Positions 18,212-28,105 of a stretch of 64,000 nt of DNA are shown here, in pieces. The translations under genes and the position numbers were made by a program. The first letter of the stretch is position 1; each line of letters opens with the position of its first letter. The stretch spans positions 489-64,488 of the forward strand of contig JACWAJ010000028.1 of assembly GCA_014874355.1 (NCBI GenBank). The letters run 5' to 3'. This DNA comes from a bacterium (GTDB taxonomy: Bacteria > Chloroflexota > Dormibacteria > Aeolococcales > Aeolococcaceae). Under the pieces are notes generated by a model. The model did no database searches, had not been told where the DNA came from, and worked only from the letters and a program-made list of their open reading frames with translations.

Positions 18212-19758
18212 AGCACGGCAAGCGTCCGGTTGTCCTTTGCATATGTGACGGATGGGGGTACAGCGCAGATGGTTTTGGCAATGCCATAGCCCAGGCACGG
18301 ACCCCGGTATTTGATGGTCTTTGGGCCCGCTGGCCGCATACCCTGGTCACCGCCAGTGGTCCTGCTGTCGGGCTGCCTCAGGGCCAGCAGGGCAATTCCG
18401 AGGTGGGGCATCTCACCATGGGGGCGGGTCGGTGCATCAGCCAGCCGTTGGAGCGCATCAACGAGGCGGTACGCGACGGCAGTGTCTACGCCAACCCGGT
18501 GTTGACGTCACTGGTCAGCGGTGTGGTCCAGCGTGGAGGCGCGCTCCACTGCCTGGGGCTGGTGTCACCGGGAGGCGTGCACAGCCACCAGAAGCACGGT
18601 GTTGCCATGGCCGAGCTGGCGCGCCGGCATGGGCTGGAGCGGGTCTACTTCCACGCGTTCACCGACGGTCGGGATGAGCCGCCGCGCAGCGCTGCGGGTT
18701 TTGTGTCGGAGTTCATCGCGGCGCTGGAAGGCGTTGGAGTCGGAAGTGTCGCCAGTCTGTCGGGTCGCTACTACGCGATGGATCGCGACCGGCGCTGGGA
18801 TCGCACAGCGCGTGCCTATGCAGCCCTGACCGGGTCAGGCCCGCTTGCAGCCGTGGATCCAGTCAGCTACATCGAGCAGCGGTACACGGCTGGCATTGGC
18901 GACGAGTTCATCGAGCCGGTGCGCTTCAACGACTCGGTACGAATCCAAGCCGGTGACGGTGTGATCTTCTGGAACTTCCGGCCGGACCGTGGGCGGCAAC
19001 TCAGCCACGCTCTGGTCGACCCGGACTTCAAGGAGTTCTATCGTGGTCGGCGAATCGAGAATCTCGATCTGGTCACTATGACCGAATACGATCGCGATCT
19101 TGATGCGCGCGTTGCCTATCCCCGCGAGGATGTTCTCGACACGCTTGGCGAGGTCGTAGCGCGTGCTGGACTGCGCCAGTTCCACGTTGCCGAAACCGAG
19201 AAGTACGCCCACGTCACGTACTTCATCAATGGCGGCCGTGAGCAGCCGTTTGCGGGTGAGGATCGCCTCTTGATCCCTTCGTCCAAAGTCGCCACCTATG
19301 ACCTGGAACCGCGCATGCGTGCTCGCGAGGTCACCGCTGCCGCCGTCGAACATCTCCGGGCCGGTGACGAGGCACTGGTGATTCTCAATCTTGCCAATTG
19401 CGACATGGTTGGGCATTCGGGGATCTTCGATGCCACCGTCGAGGCCGTCGAATACACCGACGAATGCTTGGGCAGGATCGTCGATGCGGCGCTCGCCCGA
19501 GATGGTGCCGTGCTGATGACAGCCGACCACGGCAATGCCGAGCAGAAGATCGACCCGAGGGACAACTCACCGCTCACGGCGCATACCCTGAACCCTGTGC
19601 CCGTGCTTCTCTGTGGCAGTGACCTGGAGAGCCTGCGGGATGGCGGTGGTCTGCGGGACGTGGCTCCGACCGTGCTCGAAGTCATGGGCCTCGAGGTTCC
19701 CGAGGCGATGACCGGGCGTAGCCTGGCGAAAATCGCAACGCCTGACGCGGTCCTCTAG
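18208..19758 (+). CDS. gpmI: 2,3-bisphosphoglycerate-independent phosphoglycerate mutase
   Basis: CDGWGY, NSEVGHLTMGAGR, ADHGNAE; GTG start overlaps the tpiA stop. Confidence 0.9.
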   Translation: MKHGKRPVVLCICDGWGYSADGFGNAIAQARTPVFDGLWARWPHTLVTASGPAVGLPQGQQGNSEVGHLTMGAGRCISQPLERINEAVRDGSVYANPVLTSLVSGVVQRGGALHCLGLVSPGGVHSHQKHGVAMAELARRHGLERVYFHAFTDGRDEPPRSAAGFVSEFIAALEGVGVGSVASLSGRYYAMDRDRRWDRTARAYAALTGSGPLAAVDPVSYIEQRYTAGIGDEFIEPVRFNDSVRIQAGDGVIFWNFRPDRGRQLSHALVDPDFKEFYRGRRIENLDLVTMTEYDRDLDARVAYPREDVLDTLGEVVARAGLRQFHVAETEKYAHVTYFINGGREQPFAGEDRLLIPSSKVATYDLEPRMRAREVTAAAVEHLRAGDEALVILNLANCDMVGHSGIFDATVEAVEYTDECLGRIVDAALARDGAVLMTADHGNAEQKIDPRDNSPLTAHTLNPVPVLLCGSDLESLRDGGGLRDVAPTVLEVMGLEVPEAMTGRSLAKIATPDAVL

Positions 19759-20811
19759 CTACTTCGAGGCGGTCCAGTCGGCGTCGATCGCGGCCTCGAA
19801 ATCTTCTGCCAGCGCTGTGGAGTTGGTGATCTCGACATCTATCTCGTGATTGGCCGTGAAACCGCTCTTGCTCCAGTTGGCGCTGCCAAAGAGGACGGTC
19901 CTCGTATCGGCGACAACCAGCTTGGCATGGAGCTTCTCGCCGTTGCCGCGGTACAGCAGAACGTCCACGCCGGCGGCACGCAGCTTTGCCGCCGAGGGGT
20001 CTGAGGGGCGTTCACCGGGGTCGAGGAGGACGCGTACCTGTACGCCGCGGTGAGCTGCCGCGATGATCGCGCCGACCACTCCGGAGTCGGTGACCACGTA
20101 GAGTTCGAGATCAAGCGTTTGGGTTGCTCCGCCGATGACTTGCAGGGCCAGCGGGCGGATGTCGATGCCGGGCAGGGTCGCCGCCACCAGCAGCGCGGGA
20201 TCGCGGGCCGCGTCGGGTACGTTGTGAGAGAGCCCACAGGTCACAAGATCCAAGTCGAAGGCGCGTTGCAGGTTGGTTGCCGCCGGACCTCGCACCAGCG
20301 CATCGACATCGTGGTTGCGCTCCGAGCTCTGCCCCCAGTTGATGCCCCCCACGACAGCCACGGTGGAGTCGACCACCAGGAGCTTGACGTGGTCGATCAT
20401 CATGGACCGCACTGGGTAGTCGATGACGTCGATACCGGCGGCACGAAGTTGCGTTTCCGTGGCGGCGGTGACGTCCACGGAGGGATCGACGATGACGGTC
20501 ACGGTGACGCCGCGCTCATGGGCGCGGATGAGAGCGTCGCGCATATCGTGCCTGCCGAACTCGTACATTTCGACATCCACACTCGCCTGCGCCAGGTCGA
20601 TGAGCTGGCGCAGGGCCGTGAACGTGGCGCTTCCGCCGTGGAACACGGTGACCGTATCGGATCCCGTTACGATGGCTGCGCTCGGCGGTCGGTTGGATGT
20701 TGGCCGCCCCCAACTGGCGCCGGTAGTCGACAGCGAGGTGGCGGTTGCGCTGCACCCGACGAGCAATTGTGTGGCAAGAATGAATGCCGCCCAGCGTGTC
20801 TGACGCTTCAT
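19759..20811 (-). CDS. phospholipase D-family lipoprotein (two HKD motifs)
   Basis: Lipobox LLVGCSA; HKD motifs IDHVKLLVVD and LHAKLVVAD. Confidence 0.8.
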   Translation of the reverse strand: MKRQTRWAAFILATQLLVGCSATATSLSTTGASWGRPTSNRPPSAAIVTGSDTVTVFHGGSATFTALRQLIDLAQASVDVEMYEFGRHDMRDALIRAHERGVTVTVIVDPSVDVTAATETQLRAAGIDVIDYPVRSMMIDHVKLLVVDSTVAVVGGINWGQSSERNHDVDALVRGPAATNLQRAFDLDLVTCGLSHNVPDAARDPALLVAATLPGIDIRPLALQVIGGATQTLDLELYVVTDSGVVGAIIAAAHRGVQVRVLLDPGERPSDPSAAKLRAAGVDVLLYRGNGEKLHAKLVVADTRTVLFGSANWSKSGFTANHEIDVEITNSTALAEDFEAAIDADWTASK

Positions 20812-20906
20812 GTCGTCACGATAACACTTATCTGTGTAGTGTCGGAGTGTGGCGATGAGTGCGACACCATCTATACTGCCCCGGTCGCTACGGAGGTTTG
20901 GATCAA

Positions 20907-21146
20907 GTGAAAGTATTCATCGTCGTCGCCCAGGACGTGCTGGCGATCCTGGTGATGCTTGGCATCTTGCTCCAGACGCCCAAGGCAACCGGCCTGGGTG
21001 GGACCATCGGGGGCAGTGGGGACTCGGGTGGCGGCTACCGCAGGCGTCGCGGCATCGAGGCCAGCCTGCTCCGCCTCACGGTGGTCTTTACGCTGGTGTT
21101 CGTCGCCGTTTCTCTGCTCTCGACGATAAGCACCTACCGCAGCTAG
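20907..21146 (+). CDS. secG: preprotein translocase subunit SecG
   Basis: VKVFIVVAQDVLAILVMLGILLQTPKATGLGG is the typical SecG pattern; GTG start with GGAGGT RBS. Confidence 0.75.
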   Translation: MKVFIVVAQDVLAILVMLGILLQTPKATGLGGTIGGSGDSGGGYRRRRGIEASLLRLTVVFTLVFVAVSLLSTISTYRS

Positions 21147-21201
21147 GAGCATACCGGCTGCCGGGCTGGAGACGGGGCTGATACGATCGGCGGCGCCACG
21201 T

Positions 21202-21288
21202 GCCGGGATGGTGAAACTGGTAGACACGCAGCGTTCAGGGCGCTGTGCTCGTAAGGGCGTAAGGGTTCGACTCCCTTTCCCGGCACCA
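21202..21288 (+). tRNA. tRNA-Leu (anticodon CAG)
   Basis: Acceptor stem gccggga/tcccggc, D-loop ggtagac, anticodon loop ttCAGgg, long variable arm, encoded CCA. Confidence 0.85.
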
Positions 21289-21349
21289 CGCGGATCTTAT
21301 TGGATCGTGCGTGTTGAGTTTGTGGCGTAGCCCACGATCGGTCGGGTGG

Positions 21350-22450
21350 CTACGCGGGTGGCCCTTCTGAGAGAACCACTACAGCTTGGTGCACCTTGTT
21401 GCTGTCATCTTGCCACGTCACGGGAACTCGATCTCCGGGTCGACGCCCCTGCATTACGTTGCCGAGATCGGACTCCGATTGGATGGGCGTGCCGGCCACC
21501 TCGGTGATCACGTCCTGAGCTTTGATGCCTGCAGCCGTGGCTCCGGCGCCTGTGACAGCGTGAACCAGCGCGCCACTCGAGTCGGGGGCATCGGTCACCC
21601 GGACGCCGAGGATTCCACTGTGTGGTCCTTGAATGTAGGCCGAAGTAACGCCGGAGCGGATCTGGTCCGCAATCGACAGCGCTGTGGTGATGGGGATTGC
21701 GGCGCCAAAAAGACCTCCGTTCACGGGATGTTTAGTGGTGGATCCGGCGGTGTTCATACCGATGACATGTCCTGCGCTGTTGAGTAGCGGGCCACCTGAG
21801 TCGCCGGGCTGGATGGAGGCGTCGAACTGGATGAGCCCATTGAGGGTTTCATGGGCACCGCTGTTGCCGTCGCCGCTGTCCTCGAGCGCAACCACGAGAG
21901 TCTCGTTGAGGGATGTGACCTTGCCCGTTGCAACCACGGGTGGGCCGTTGCGCCCCAGCGCGTTTCCCAAGGCGGTCACGCTGTCACCCAGCGCGACCGT
22001 GCCGGAGGTGTCGAATGGCACCGGATGCAAGCCTGACGCGCCGGTGAGCCGGATCACCGCCACATCGTCGGAGGGGTCGACACCGATTACCGTTGCTTTG
22101 TATTGCGGCCCGGTGGCGTTCACCTGTCCGACCAGACTCAGCGTGCCGGCGACCACGTGGTTGCTGGTGAGGACCAGACCGTCAGCGGAAAGGACCATGC
22201 CGGTTCCGGCGATGGAACCATCGCTGACCCTGCCGTTGATATTGACAACGCCCCGGGTGGCGTCGTTCAGGATGGCGTTCGCCGCATTACTTGTGGATCC
22301 GCCGTGGCGCGTCAGTAATATCCCGAGCCCTCCACCCAACAAGACTATGAGCGTCATGGCTGCGGCAACCCATCGTTGCCCGGGCTGGCGTGGAAGGGGT
22401 GAATCTGGGTTAGCGGTCGGTGGTTGAGGTGGCAGCCAAGTGTCCATCAT
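21350..22450 (-). CDS. HtrA/DegP-family membrane-anchored serine protease with PDZ domain
   Basis: Transmembrane segment; catalytic H (TSNHVV), D (DVAVIRL) and S (GDSGGPLL); C-terminal PDZ. Confidence 0.85.
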   Translation of the reverse strand: MMDTWLPPQPPTANPDSPLPRQPGQRWVAAAMTLIVLLGGGLGILLTRHGGSTSNAANAILNDATRGVVNINGRVSDGSIAGTGMVLSADGLVLTSNHVVAGTLSLVGQVNATGPQYKATVIGVDPSDDVAVIRLTGASGLHPVPFDTSGTVALGDSVTALGNALGRNGPPVVATGKVTSLNETLVVALEDSGDGNSGAHETLNGLIQFDASIQPGDSGGPLLNSAGHVIGMNTAGSTTKHPVNGGLFGAAIPITTALSIADQIRSGVTSAYIQGPHSGILGVRVTDAPDSSGALVHAVTGAGATAAGIKAQDVITEVAGTPIQSESDLGNVMQGRRPGDRVPVTWQDDSNKVHQAVVVLSEGPPA

Positions 22451-22459
22451 CTGGTCAGC

Positions 22460-24541
22460 CTACGTCCTGGTCTCGGGGACGACTACATCGCTTGCGTTGG
22501 GGGGCACACCAATGCTGGAAATGACCTTCGCGTTGGGCACGTCCACGATATACAGCTTCTGCTTGCTGGTGTCGAGAACATAAGCGGTGGTGCCGTCGGG
22601 TGAGAGCGCGAACGTGTCGGGACGCTTGCCCACGGACACGGACTTGATGGTCTTCAGCGAGGTGGCGTCGATGATGACCAAGGCACCACCCAAGTTGTCG
22701 ATGCCTACGAGAGTGCGGTCGTCTGGAGTGATAGCGATTCCAATAATGTTGGATGTCTCGGCTTGTTGCGCGGCGACCCGATTTGCAGCCGTGTCGATCG
22801 CGAGCAAGCTCTGGGCCTGATTGACAAACAGCCGCTTTCCCTGGTGGCTCATCGATAGGCGCGGATTGCCGCCAACAGAGATGGGATCGCCCACCTTACG
22901 CCCGGACACGGTGATGGGCACCACCACACCATCACTCTCGCAATTGGCATACAGAGTGGATGATTCGGGCGTCATGACAAGGCCGCCCGGACTGCAAGGC
23001 AGGGATATGGGGGGCCCCGCCTGCCAGGTCTTGATGTTGACTGTGGAGATGGAGCTGGCTTGATGATTGGCCACAAATGCCGTGGTTCCGTCAGTGGTTA
23101 GCGTGAGTGATGACGGGCTGGGGCCGACGGCCACCGGCGCTTTCAGCTTGGAAGTAGCCGTGTCAATCCCGGTCAAGAAACCAGGGTTCGTTCCGTCGCC
23201 AAAACTGAGCACGAACAGAGTCTTGTTGTCCTGACTCAGAACGAGGTCAGTTGGCGTTCGAGAAACCTTGAGAGGGGGATCTGCGGTGTACTTGGCCAGG
23301 TCAATGTGCTGCACGGTGTCGGAAAGCGAGTTGGCCACCCAGGCCGTCTTACCATCGTGGGAGATCAGCATTCCCGGCCCGTTGCCGACGTCCACCTTAT
23401 GGCCGAGTGAGGCGTTGCCGCTGAGGAACGACACGTTTCCGTCAGAGCTGGGGAAGAGCACCCAGGCCTGCGCCGCGCCTGGTGTCGTGGCCATCGTAGC
23501 CGGTGAGTTGGAAAGCTGCACCGGCGTTCCGGCTGTGTTTGAGCGCAGGTTGATGGGGATCAGATTCCGGTCCAGCACGCAGGCGATCCAGGCGGTGGCT
23601 CCGTCAGTGGTGATATGGGTGTCGACTGGTTCGGCTCCCACTAGAACTGTGGCGGCAACCGCCCGTCGCGACAGGTCGACGATGGTTGCCGAGGAATCCA
23701 GCGAATTGGTGACGACCAGCCGGTGTCCGTCTGGCGACATCGCGGCAGAGTGCGAACCGTGTCCGAGTGCAATTGGCGCTCCCACCGCATGGGTACGTAC
23801 ATCTACCGGGAGTGCCTTGCCGTTCTGATTGCCCACACCGCTTTCGATGACCCAAACCGTCGCCCCATCGGGGGTGTAGAGGGCACCGTCAACGCGGTTG
23901 TCTCCGACTTCAATGGATGCGCCCATGCCTGACGCCGGGCTGAAGAAGGCAATTGCGCCGGGTTGCCCGGACGGGGAGTAGAACGAGACGACTCCCGTGG
24001 ATCCCGTCGGGGAGGGCGCGAAGAGGTCGACACCTTGTTCCAGCGATTCCGCAGGATGTGGTGAGTTAGTTGCGGTGTCGATGGCGATGACAGCACCGCC
24101 GAGGTTGTCGGTGACAAACAAGGTGGCGCCATCTGCCGACAACTCCTCATCGACGGGCAGCTTGCCCACGGAGATGGCCGCCCCCACCTTCTTCTTGGTC
24201 AGATCAACCGGAACCACCTGGCCGTGACTGGTGTCCAGCAGGAACGCCTTGCTGCCGTCCTTGGTGGTCACCATCGTGTTGGGGGTCCCCGGCAGTTGCA
24301 GGGTGGCCGTGGGCTCGCCGCCGGCAAGCGGTTGGGCGGCCAGTACTGCTGGCCCGTTGGTGACCACGGCGAGCGGGAAGTTCTGACTCTTGGGGGTTGT
24401 GTTGCCGCCGGCCGCGGGGGCGTTTCCGCATGCGGCGATAACCAGGCAACCGGCGAGAGCCAGCCAACCAAGCGAGGTGGTCGGTCGGCTGAAAATGGGC
24501 GGCCCACCCTGCCTGGTGGAAGTGCTCGCTCGTGCATGCAT
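22460..24541 (-). CDS. YVTN-family beta-propeller repeat lipoprotein (about 14 blades)
   Basis: Lipobox LALAGC; more than 12 repeats of the ...SPDG...YV.N..S.TVSVID type. The start was set at MHARAS (24541); the ORF could extend to 24712. Confidence 0.7.
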   Translation of the reverse strand: MHARASTSTRQGGPPIFSRPTTSLGWLALAGCLVIAACGNAPAAGGNTTPKSQNFPLAVVTNGPAVLAAQPLAGGEPTATLQLPGTPNTMVTTKDGSKAFLLDTSHGQVVPVDLTKKKVGAAISVGKLPVDEELSADGATLFVTDNLGGAVIAIDTATNSPHPAESLEQGVDLFAPSPTGSTGVVSFYSPSGQPGAIAFFSPASGMGASIEVGDNRVDGALYTPDGATVWVIESGVGNQNGKALPVDVRTHAVGAPIALGHGSHSAAMSPDGHRLVVTNSLDSSATIVDLSRRAVAATVLVGAEPVDTHITTDGATAWIACVLDRNLIPINLRSNTAGTPVQLSNSPATMATTPGAAQAWVLFPSSDGNVSFLSGNASLGHKVDVGNGPGMLISHDGKTAWVANSLSDTVQHIDLAKYTADPPLKVSRTPTDLVLSQDNKTLFVLSFGDGTNPGFLTGIDTATSKLKAPVAVGPSPSSLTLTTDGTTAFVANHQASSISTVNIKTWQAGPPISLPCSPGGLVMTPESSTLYANCESDGVVVPITVSGRKVGDPISVGGNPRLSMSHQGKRLFVNQAQSLLAIDTAANRVAAQQAETSNIIGIAITPDDRTLVGIDNLGGALVIIDATSLKTIKSVSVGKRPDTFALSPDGTTAYVLDTSKQKLYIVDVPNAKVISSIGVPPNASDVVVPETRT

Positions 24542-24842
24542 GTCCCGATGTTCTCCCAAGGTGATCTCAGAGGAGCCCGGACGGGCCGGGAGATCCGGAT
24601 CGCGAACGAGCTTGCGTCGAAGGGGAACTGTAACGCGTAAGAGCCTATCCAGAAATCCCGGCACGAGCTCAATCGCCGTCCAGGCCGTCGAGATCAAGGA
24701 AGCCCCGAGCATCGCAGGCGAATCTGGACCGGTAGGTCCGTGAGCCGAGAAGCACAGGGGCTGACGCCGAGATCGGCGGAAATGGACGGATGAGATGCCG
24801 GGTTGGGGTTTTACGGATAGGCTCTAAGCTGGAGCAGCAGGC

Positions 24843-26033
24843 TCAACCGCCCAGACAGCTTTTGGTGCTCACCAACTGTGTGGCGTTGGTTCCGGCCCGG
24901 ATGGCGTTGCCGATCTCGGAGGTGGAGAGTGCATAACCCTCCTGGTCCGGTTTACTCGTGCTGGTGGCAAATACCAAGCCGATGACCGTGCCGTTGTCAT
25001 TGACGAGCGGTCCTCCTGAGTCGCCTTGGAGCACTCGACCGCTGATGACGACTATGTCTCGCGTTACCGTCTCGCTGGTGTAGATATTCCAGCCCTCAGA
25101 TTCGGGAAGAACGCCCCGAACGGCCGCGGGGAAGATCTGTTCGACCCCACCGTTGGGATAACCGATGACAGCGCTGTTGGTTCCCGACGCCGGATCGCCG
25201 GAGAGAAGATGGAGTGGCTTCAGCCCCAGGTGGGGCACGTGGAGAATGGCAACGTCGACTTGCGGGTCGAAGAAGACGACGCTCACGTTGTCATGCACCG
25301 TTCCATCGGGACTGTTGACCTCGAAACGGGTGCCGCCGGCGACGACATGAGCGTTGGTGATCAAGTAGTCGGTGGCGACGGCAAAGCCCGAACCGGCCTC
25401 GGCGCCTACGCAGGCAGGTGATGAGGAGATGACGCGTGCCGTGTTGGCTGCGACCTGCTGGATTTGGGGTGAGTCTGCCGTGGCGGGAACGGTGACGTCG
25501 GGAAGTCCCAACGGGTTGAGCCCGGCGAACGGATGGGGCAGGTCGTTACCCGAGATGGCGGCTTGGATCTTGGCCAGTACCGCCGGTGGGTGAGGGGCCA
25601 AGCCGACGAGCTTGCGGACGATGAAGGATTGGTTGATCTGCGTGTCGAACTCGCTCCACGGACTTTGCGAGAACGTGAGGCCGATGTACCACGTGGTGGC
25701 CAGAACGCCCATGAGGGTGACGCCGGCGCCGAGTACCGAATCCCATCTGGCGAACCGGGTGCGAAGGGTCGCACTGCGGAAACGGAACCCCAGCGCCGTG
25801 CCGACACCTTGAAACAGGAATACGCATACGAAGAACATGAGGCTCGTGACAAAGGGGAGAAGGTTCGACCCCGCAGCCATCCAGCGGGCTGCCATTGGCG
25901 CCACGATGGCGCCGACAACCACACCGATGGCGAGGCCGGCGAACGAGGGGCCGACCCATGTGACGCCGCGACGCCAGCCCGAGTACGAGAAGCCGGCGAG
26001 TGCGGCTACGATGACGAAGTCGAGTAGGTCCAT
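24843..26033 (-). CDS. MarP-like membrane serine protease (CvpA-like 4-TM domain plus trypsin-like domain)
   Basis: N-terminal CvpA-like transmembrane helices; C-terminal chymotrypsin fold with H (TNAHVV), D (DVAIL) and S (GDSGGPLV). The architecture matches Rv3671c/MarP. Confidence 0.8.
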   Translation of the reverse strand: MDLLDFVIVAALAGFSYSGWRRGVTWVGPSFAGLAIGVVVGAIVAPMAARWMAAGSNLLPFVTSLMFFVCVFLFQGVGTALGFRFRSATLRTRFARWDSVLGAGVTLMGVLATTWYIGLTFSQSPWSEFDTQINQSFIVRKLVGLAPHPPAVLAKIQAAISGNDLPHPFAGLNPLGLPDVTVPATADSPQIQQVAANTARVISSSPACVGAEAGSGFAVATDYLITNAHVVAGGTRFEVNSPDGTVHDNVSVVFFDPQVDVAILHVPHLGLKPLHLLSGDPASGTNSAVIGYPNGGVEQIFPAAVRGVLPESEGWNIYTSETVTRDIVVISGRVLQGDSGGPLVNDNGTVIGLVFATSTSKPDQEGYALSTSEIGNAIRAGTNATQLVSTKSCLGG

Positions 26034-26068
26034 GATGATGACGATTCTGCCGGCTCAACACCTATGCT

Positions 26069-26144
26069 GGGCGGCTTCGGGGCGTAGCGCAGTTGGTAGC
26101 GCACCTGCTTTGGGAGCAGGGGGTCGTGAGTTCGAGTCTCGCCG
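26069..26144 (+). tRNA. tRNA-Pro (anticodon TGG)
   Basis: Acceptor cggggcg/cgccccg, anticodon stem cctgc/gcagg with loop ttTGGga, T-loop ttcgagt, CCA. Confidence 0.85.
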
Positions 26145-26178
26145 CCCCGACCAGCCAGGGTACCACTGGTACCGCGTC

Positions 26179-27348
26179 GTGTGGCCAGAGGTGTACAAGG
26201 GAATTGTGCGAATCCCCTATAGGCGTTTTAGCTGGCTGGTATCGATCGGGGCGGCGATTCTCGCCCCTGTGATCCTGACCGCGCTGCTCCTGGCAATCAA
26301 TCCGGGCACTCCCCGCGACTACGTCTTCCTCTACCTCGCCATCGTCGCGGTTCTGGGGGTGGGCAGTGGACTTCGCGCTGCCGTTCTATCTGCCACGATT
26401 AGCTTCCTGCTCCTCGATTTCCTGTTCGTGCATCCTGTGCATAGCTTCGAATTCGCCGACCGCACAGACCTACTCAACCTGTCCGTGTTCCTCGGCGCTG
26501 CGGGTTTGGTGGGCACGCTCGGCTCCAACCGGCGGGCGTCACAGCTTCGTGCCGAAGCGCTGGCGTCGGAGCTGCAGCAGGCCAACATCGAGCTGGCACG
26601 GCTGGCGGAAACAGAGCGACAGATCCGAGCCCTTGAGGAGACCGATCGCGTTCGCCGCGAACTGCTCGCCAATGTCTCGCATGAGTTGCGAACCCCATTG
26701 GGAAGCATCCTCACCGGAGCCACCGACATGCTGGAGCGGGGCTCCCTGCCGGAAGACCTTCACGTGCAGATGGGGGATCTGGCCACGGAGGCGCGACGGC
26801 TTAACCGTCTGGTGTCTGACATGCTAGACATGAGCCGGATCGAGGGCGGGATCCTCGATCTTCAACTCGTGGAGGTTGACCTCTCCGAGGCGCTACAAGC
26901 CGCCGTCGACCGTCTCTGGCGCCAGAACCCGGCCCGTTCGGTGGTGGTTGACGTGCCGGACTCGACGCCCGAAGTCATGGCCGACTGGGATCGTTTGGGG
27001 CAGGTGCTCGACAATCTGCTGGGGAACGCCGATCACGCAGCTCCCCCGGACAGTCCGATTCGGATCTCGGCCGTTGTGTCCGACACCGCAGAGGTGGTGG
27101 TCCGCGTCATCGACGCGGGACCAGGCGTGCCCTTCGAATTGCAGAAACGAATCTTCGAACGTTTCGTCCGAGGGGGCGGTACGAACTCAGACCGGGGAGC
27201 CGGTACAGGTCTGGGTTTGGCCATCGTGCAGGGTCTGGTCGAGGCTCAGGGCGGCCGAGTTTGGCTGGAGGACCCGGAGCCCGGAGAGGGTGGGCGCTTT
27301 GCCTTTTCGATTCCGGCTGCCGGCTATGAGGGTGAGCGGGAGCCATGA
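26179..27348 (+). CDS. KdpD C-terminal-like sensor histidine kinase (DUF4118 TM domain, HisKA, HATPase); no N-terminal KdpD/USP domains
   Basis: DUF4118-like transmembrane block (LLLDFLFVHP...NLSVFLG), H-box SHELRTP, ATPase boxes. The start is uncertain: GTG at 26179, 26191 or 26206; it must lie after the tRNA. Confidence 0.7.
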   Translation: MWPEVYKGIVRIPYRRFSWLVSIGAAILAPVILTALLLAINPGTPRDYVFLYLAIVAVLGVGSGLRAAVLSATISFLLLDFLFVHPVHSFEFADRTDLLNLSVFLGAAGLVGTLGSNRRASQLRAEALASELQQANIELARLAETERQIRALEETDRVRRELLANVSHELRTPLGSILTGATDMLERGSLPEDLHVQMGDLATEARRLNRLVSDMLDMSRIEGGILDLQLVEVDLSEALQAAVDRLWRQNPARSVVVDVPDSTPEVMADWDRLGQVLDNLLGNADHAAPPDSPIRISAVVSDTAEVVVRVIDAGPGVPFELQKRIFERFVRGGGTNSDRGAGTGLGLAIVQGLVEAQGGRVWLEDPEPGEGGRFAFSIPAAGYEGEREP

Positions 27349-28055
27349 TTGGCCCCGAACGGATCCTTCTGGTCGAAGACGACCGTGCCCTCCGCCAGGT
27401 GATCGTCACCGCATTGCAGCATGGCGGGTATCTCCCCGATGCCGTTCCTGACGGCATCCAGGCCGCGCAGCGGCTGCGCTCGGAAGACTTCGAGGTTGTC
27501 CTTCTCGACATTGGCCTGCCCTTCGTGGATGGCTGGGAGATCCTGGCGCAGCTTCAAGGTCGTCATCAGCCCGCCGTGATTGTCATCTCTGCTCGTGGTG
27601 AGGAGGGAGACAAGGTCCGCGCCCTGGACATGGGAGCCGACGACTACCTCACTAAGCCGTTTGGCGCGGACGAACTCCTCGCCCGAGTGCGCGCAGTGCT
27701 CCGAAGAGTCCATGCCGCCAGCGGAGCACACCATGTGGTGTGTTGTCACGATGTCACCATCGACCTCGGTGCCCACGCGGTTTTCCGGGCCGGCCAGGAG
27801 GTACGTCTGTCTCCAACGGAGTGGGCGCTTCTCGGGCTGCTCGCCGAGAACGCAGGCACTGTGCTCGACCATCGCACTTTGCTCGGACGCATATGGGGCC
27901 CTTCTTACATTGGCGACCGCAACTACCTGCGTACCTTCGTGCAACGGCTGCGACGCAAGCTCGAAGCCGATCCCGCCAACCCAACGGTGATCGTCACCGT
28001 CGGGCGACACGGGTATCGCTTTGGGCCGATACCCGACCGTTCTATGCACTCCTGA
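27345..28055 (+). CDS. OmpR/KdpE-like response regulator
   Basis: Receiver LLVEDD...D...VISARG..K; winged helix; ATGA overlap with the kinase. Confidence 0.8.
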   Translation: MIGPERILLVEDDRALRQVIVTALQHGGYLPDAVPDGIQAAQRLRSEDFEVVLLDIGLPFVDGWEILAQLQGRHQPAVIVISARGEEGDKVRALDMGADDYLTKPFGADELLARVRAVLRRVHAASGAHHVVCCHDVTIDLGAHAVFRAGQEVRLSPTEWALLGLLAENAGTVLDHRTLLGRIWGPSYIGDRNYLRTFVQRLRRKLEADPANPTVIVTVGRHGYRFGPIPDRSMHS

Positions 28056-28105
28056 TCGGTTAGCGATTGACCAATCGTTGACGCTTCTTCGCGCACCATG
28101 GATGC

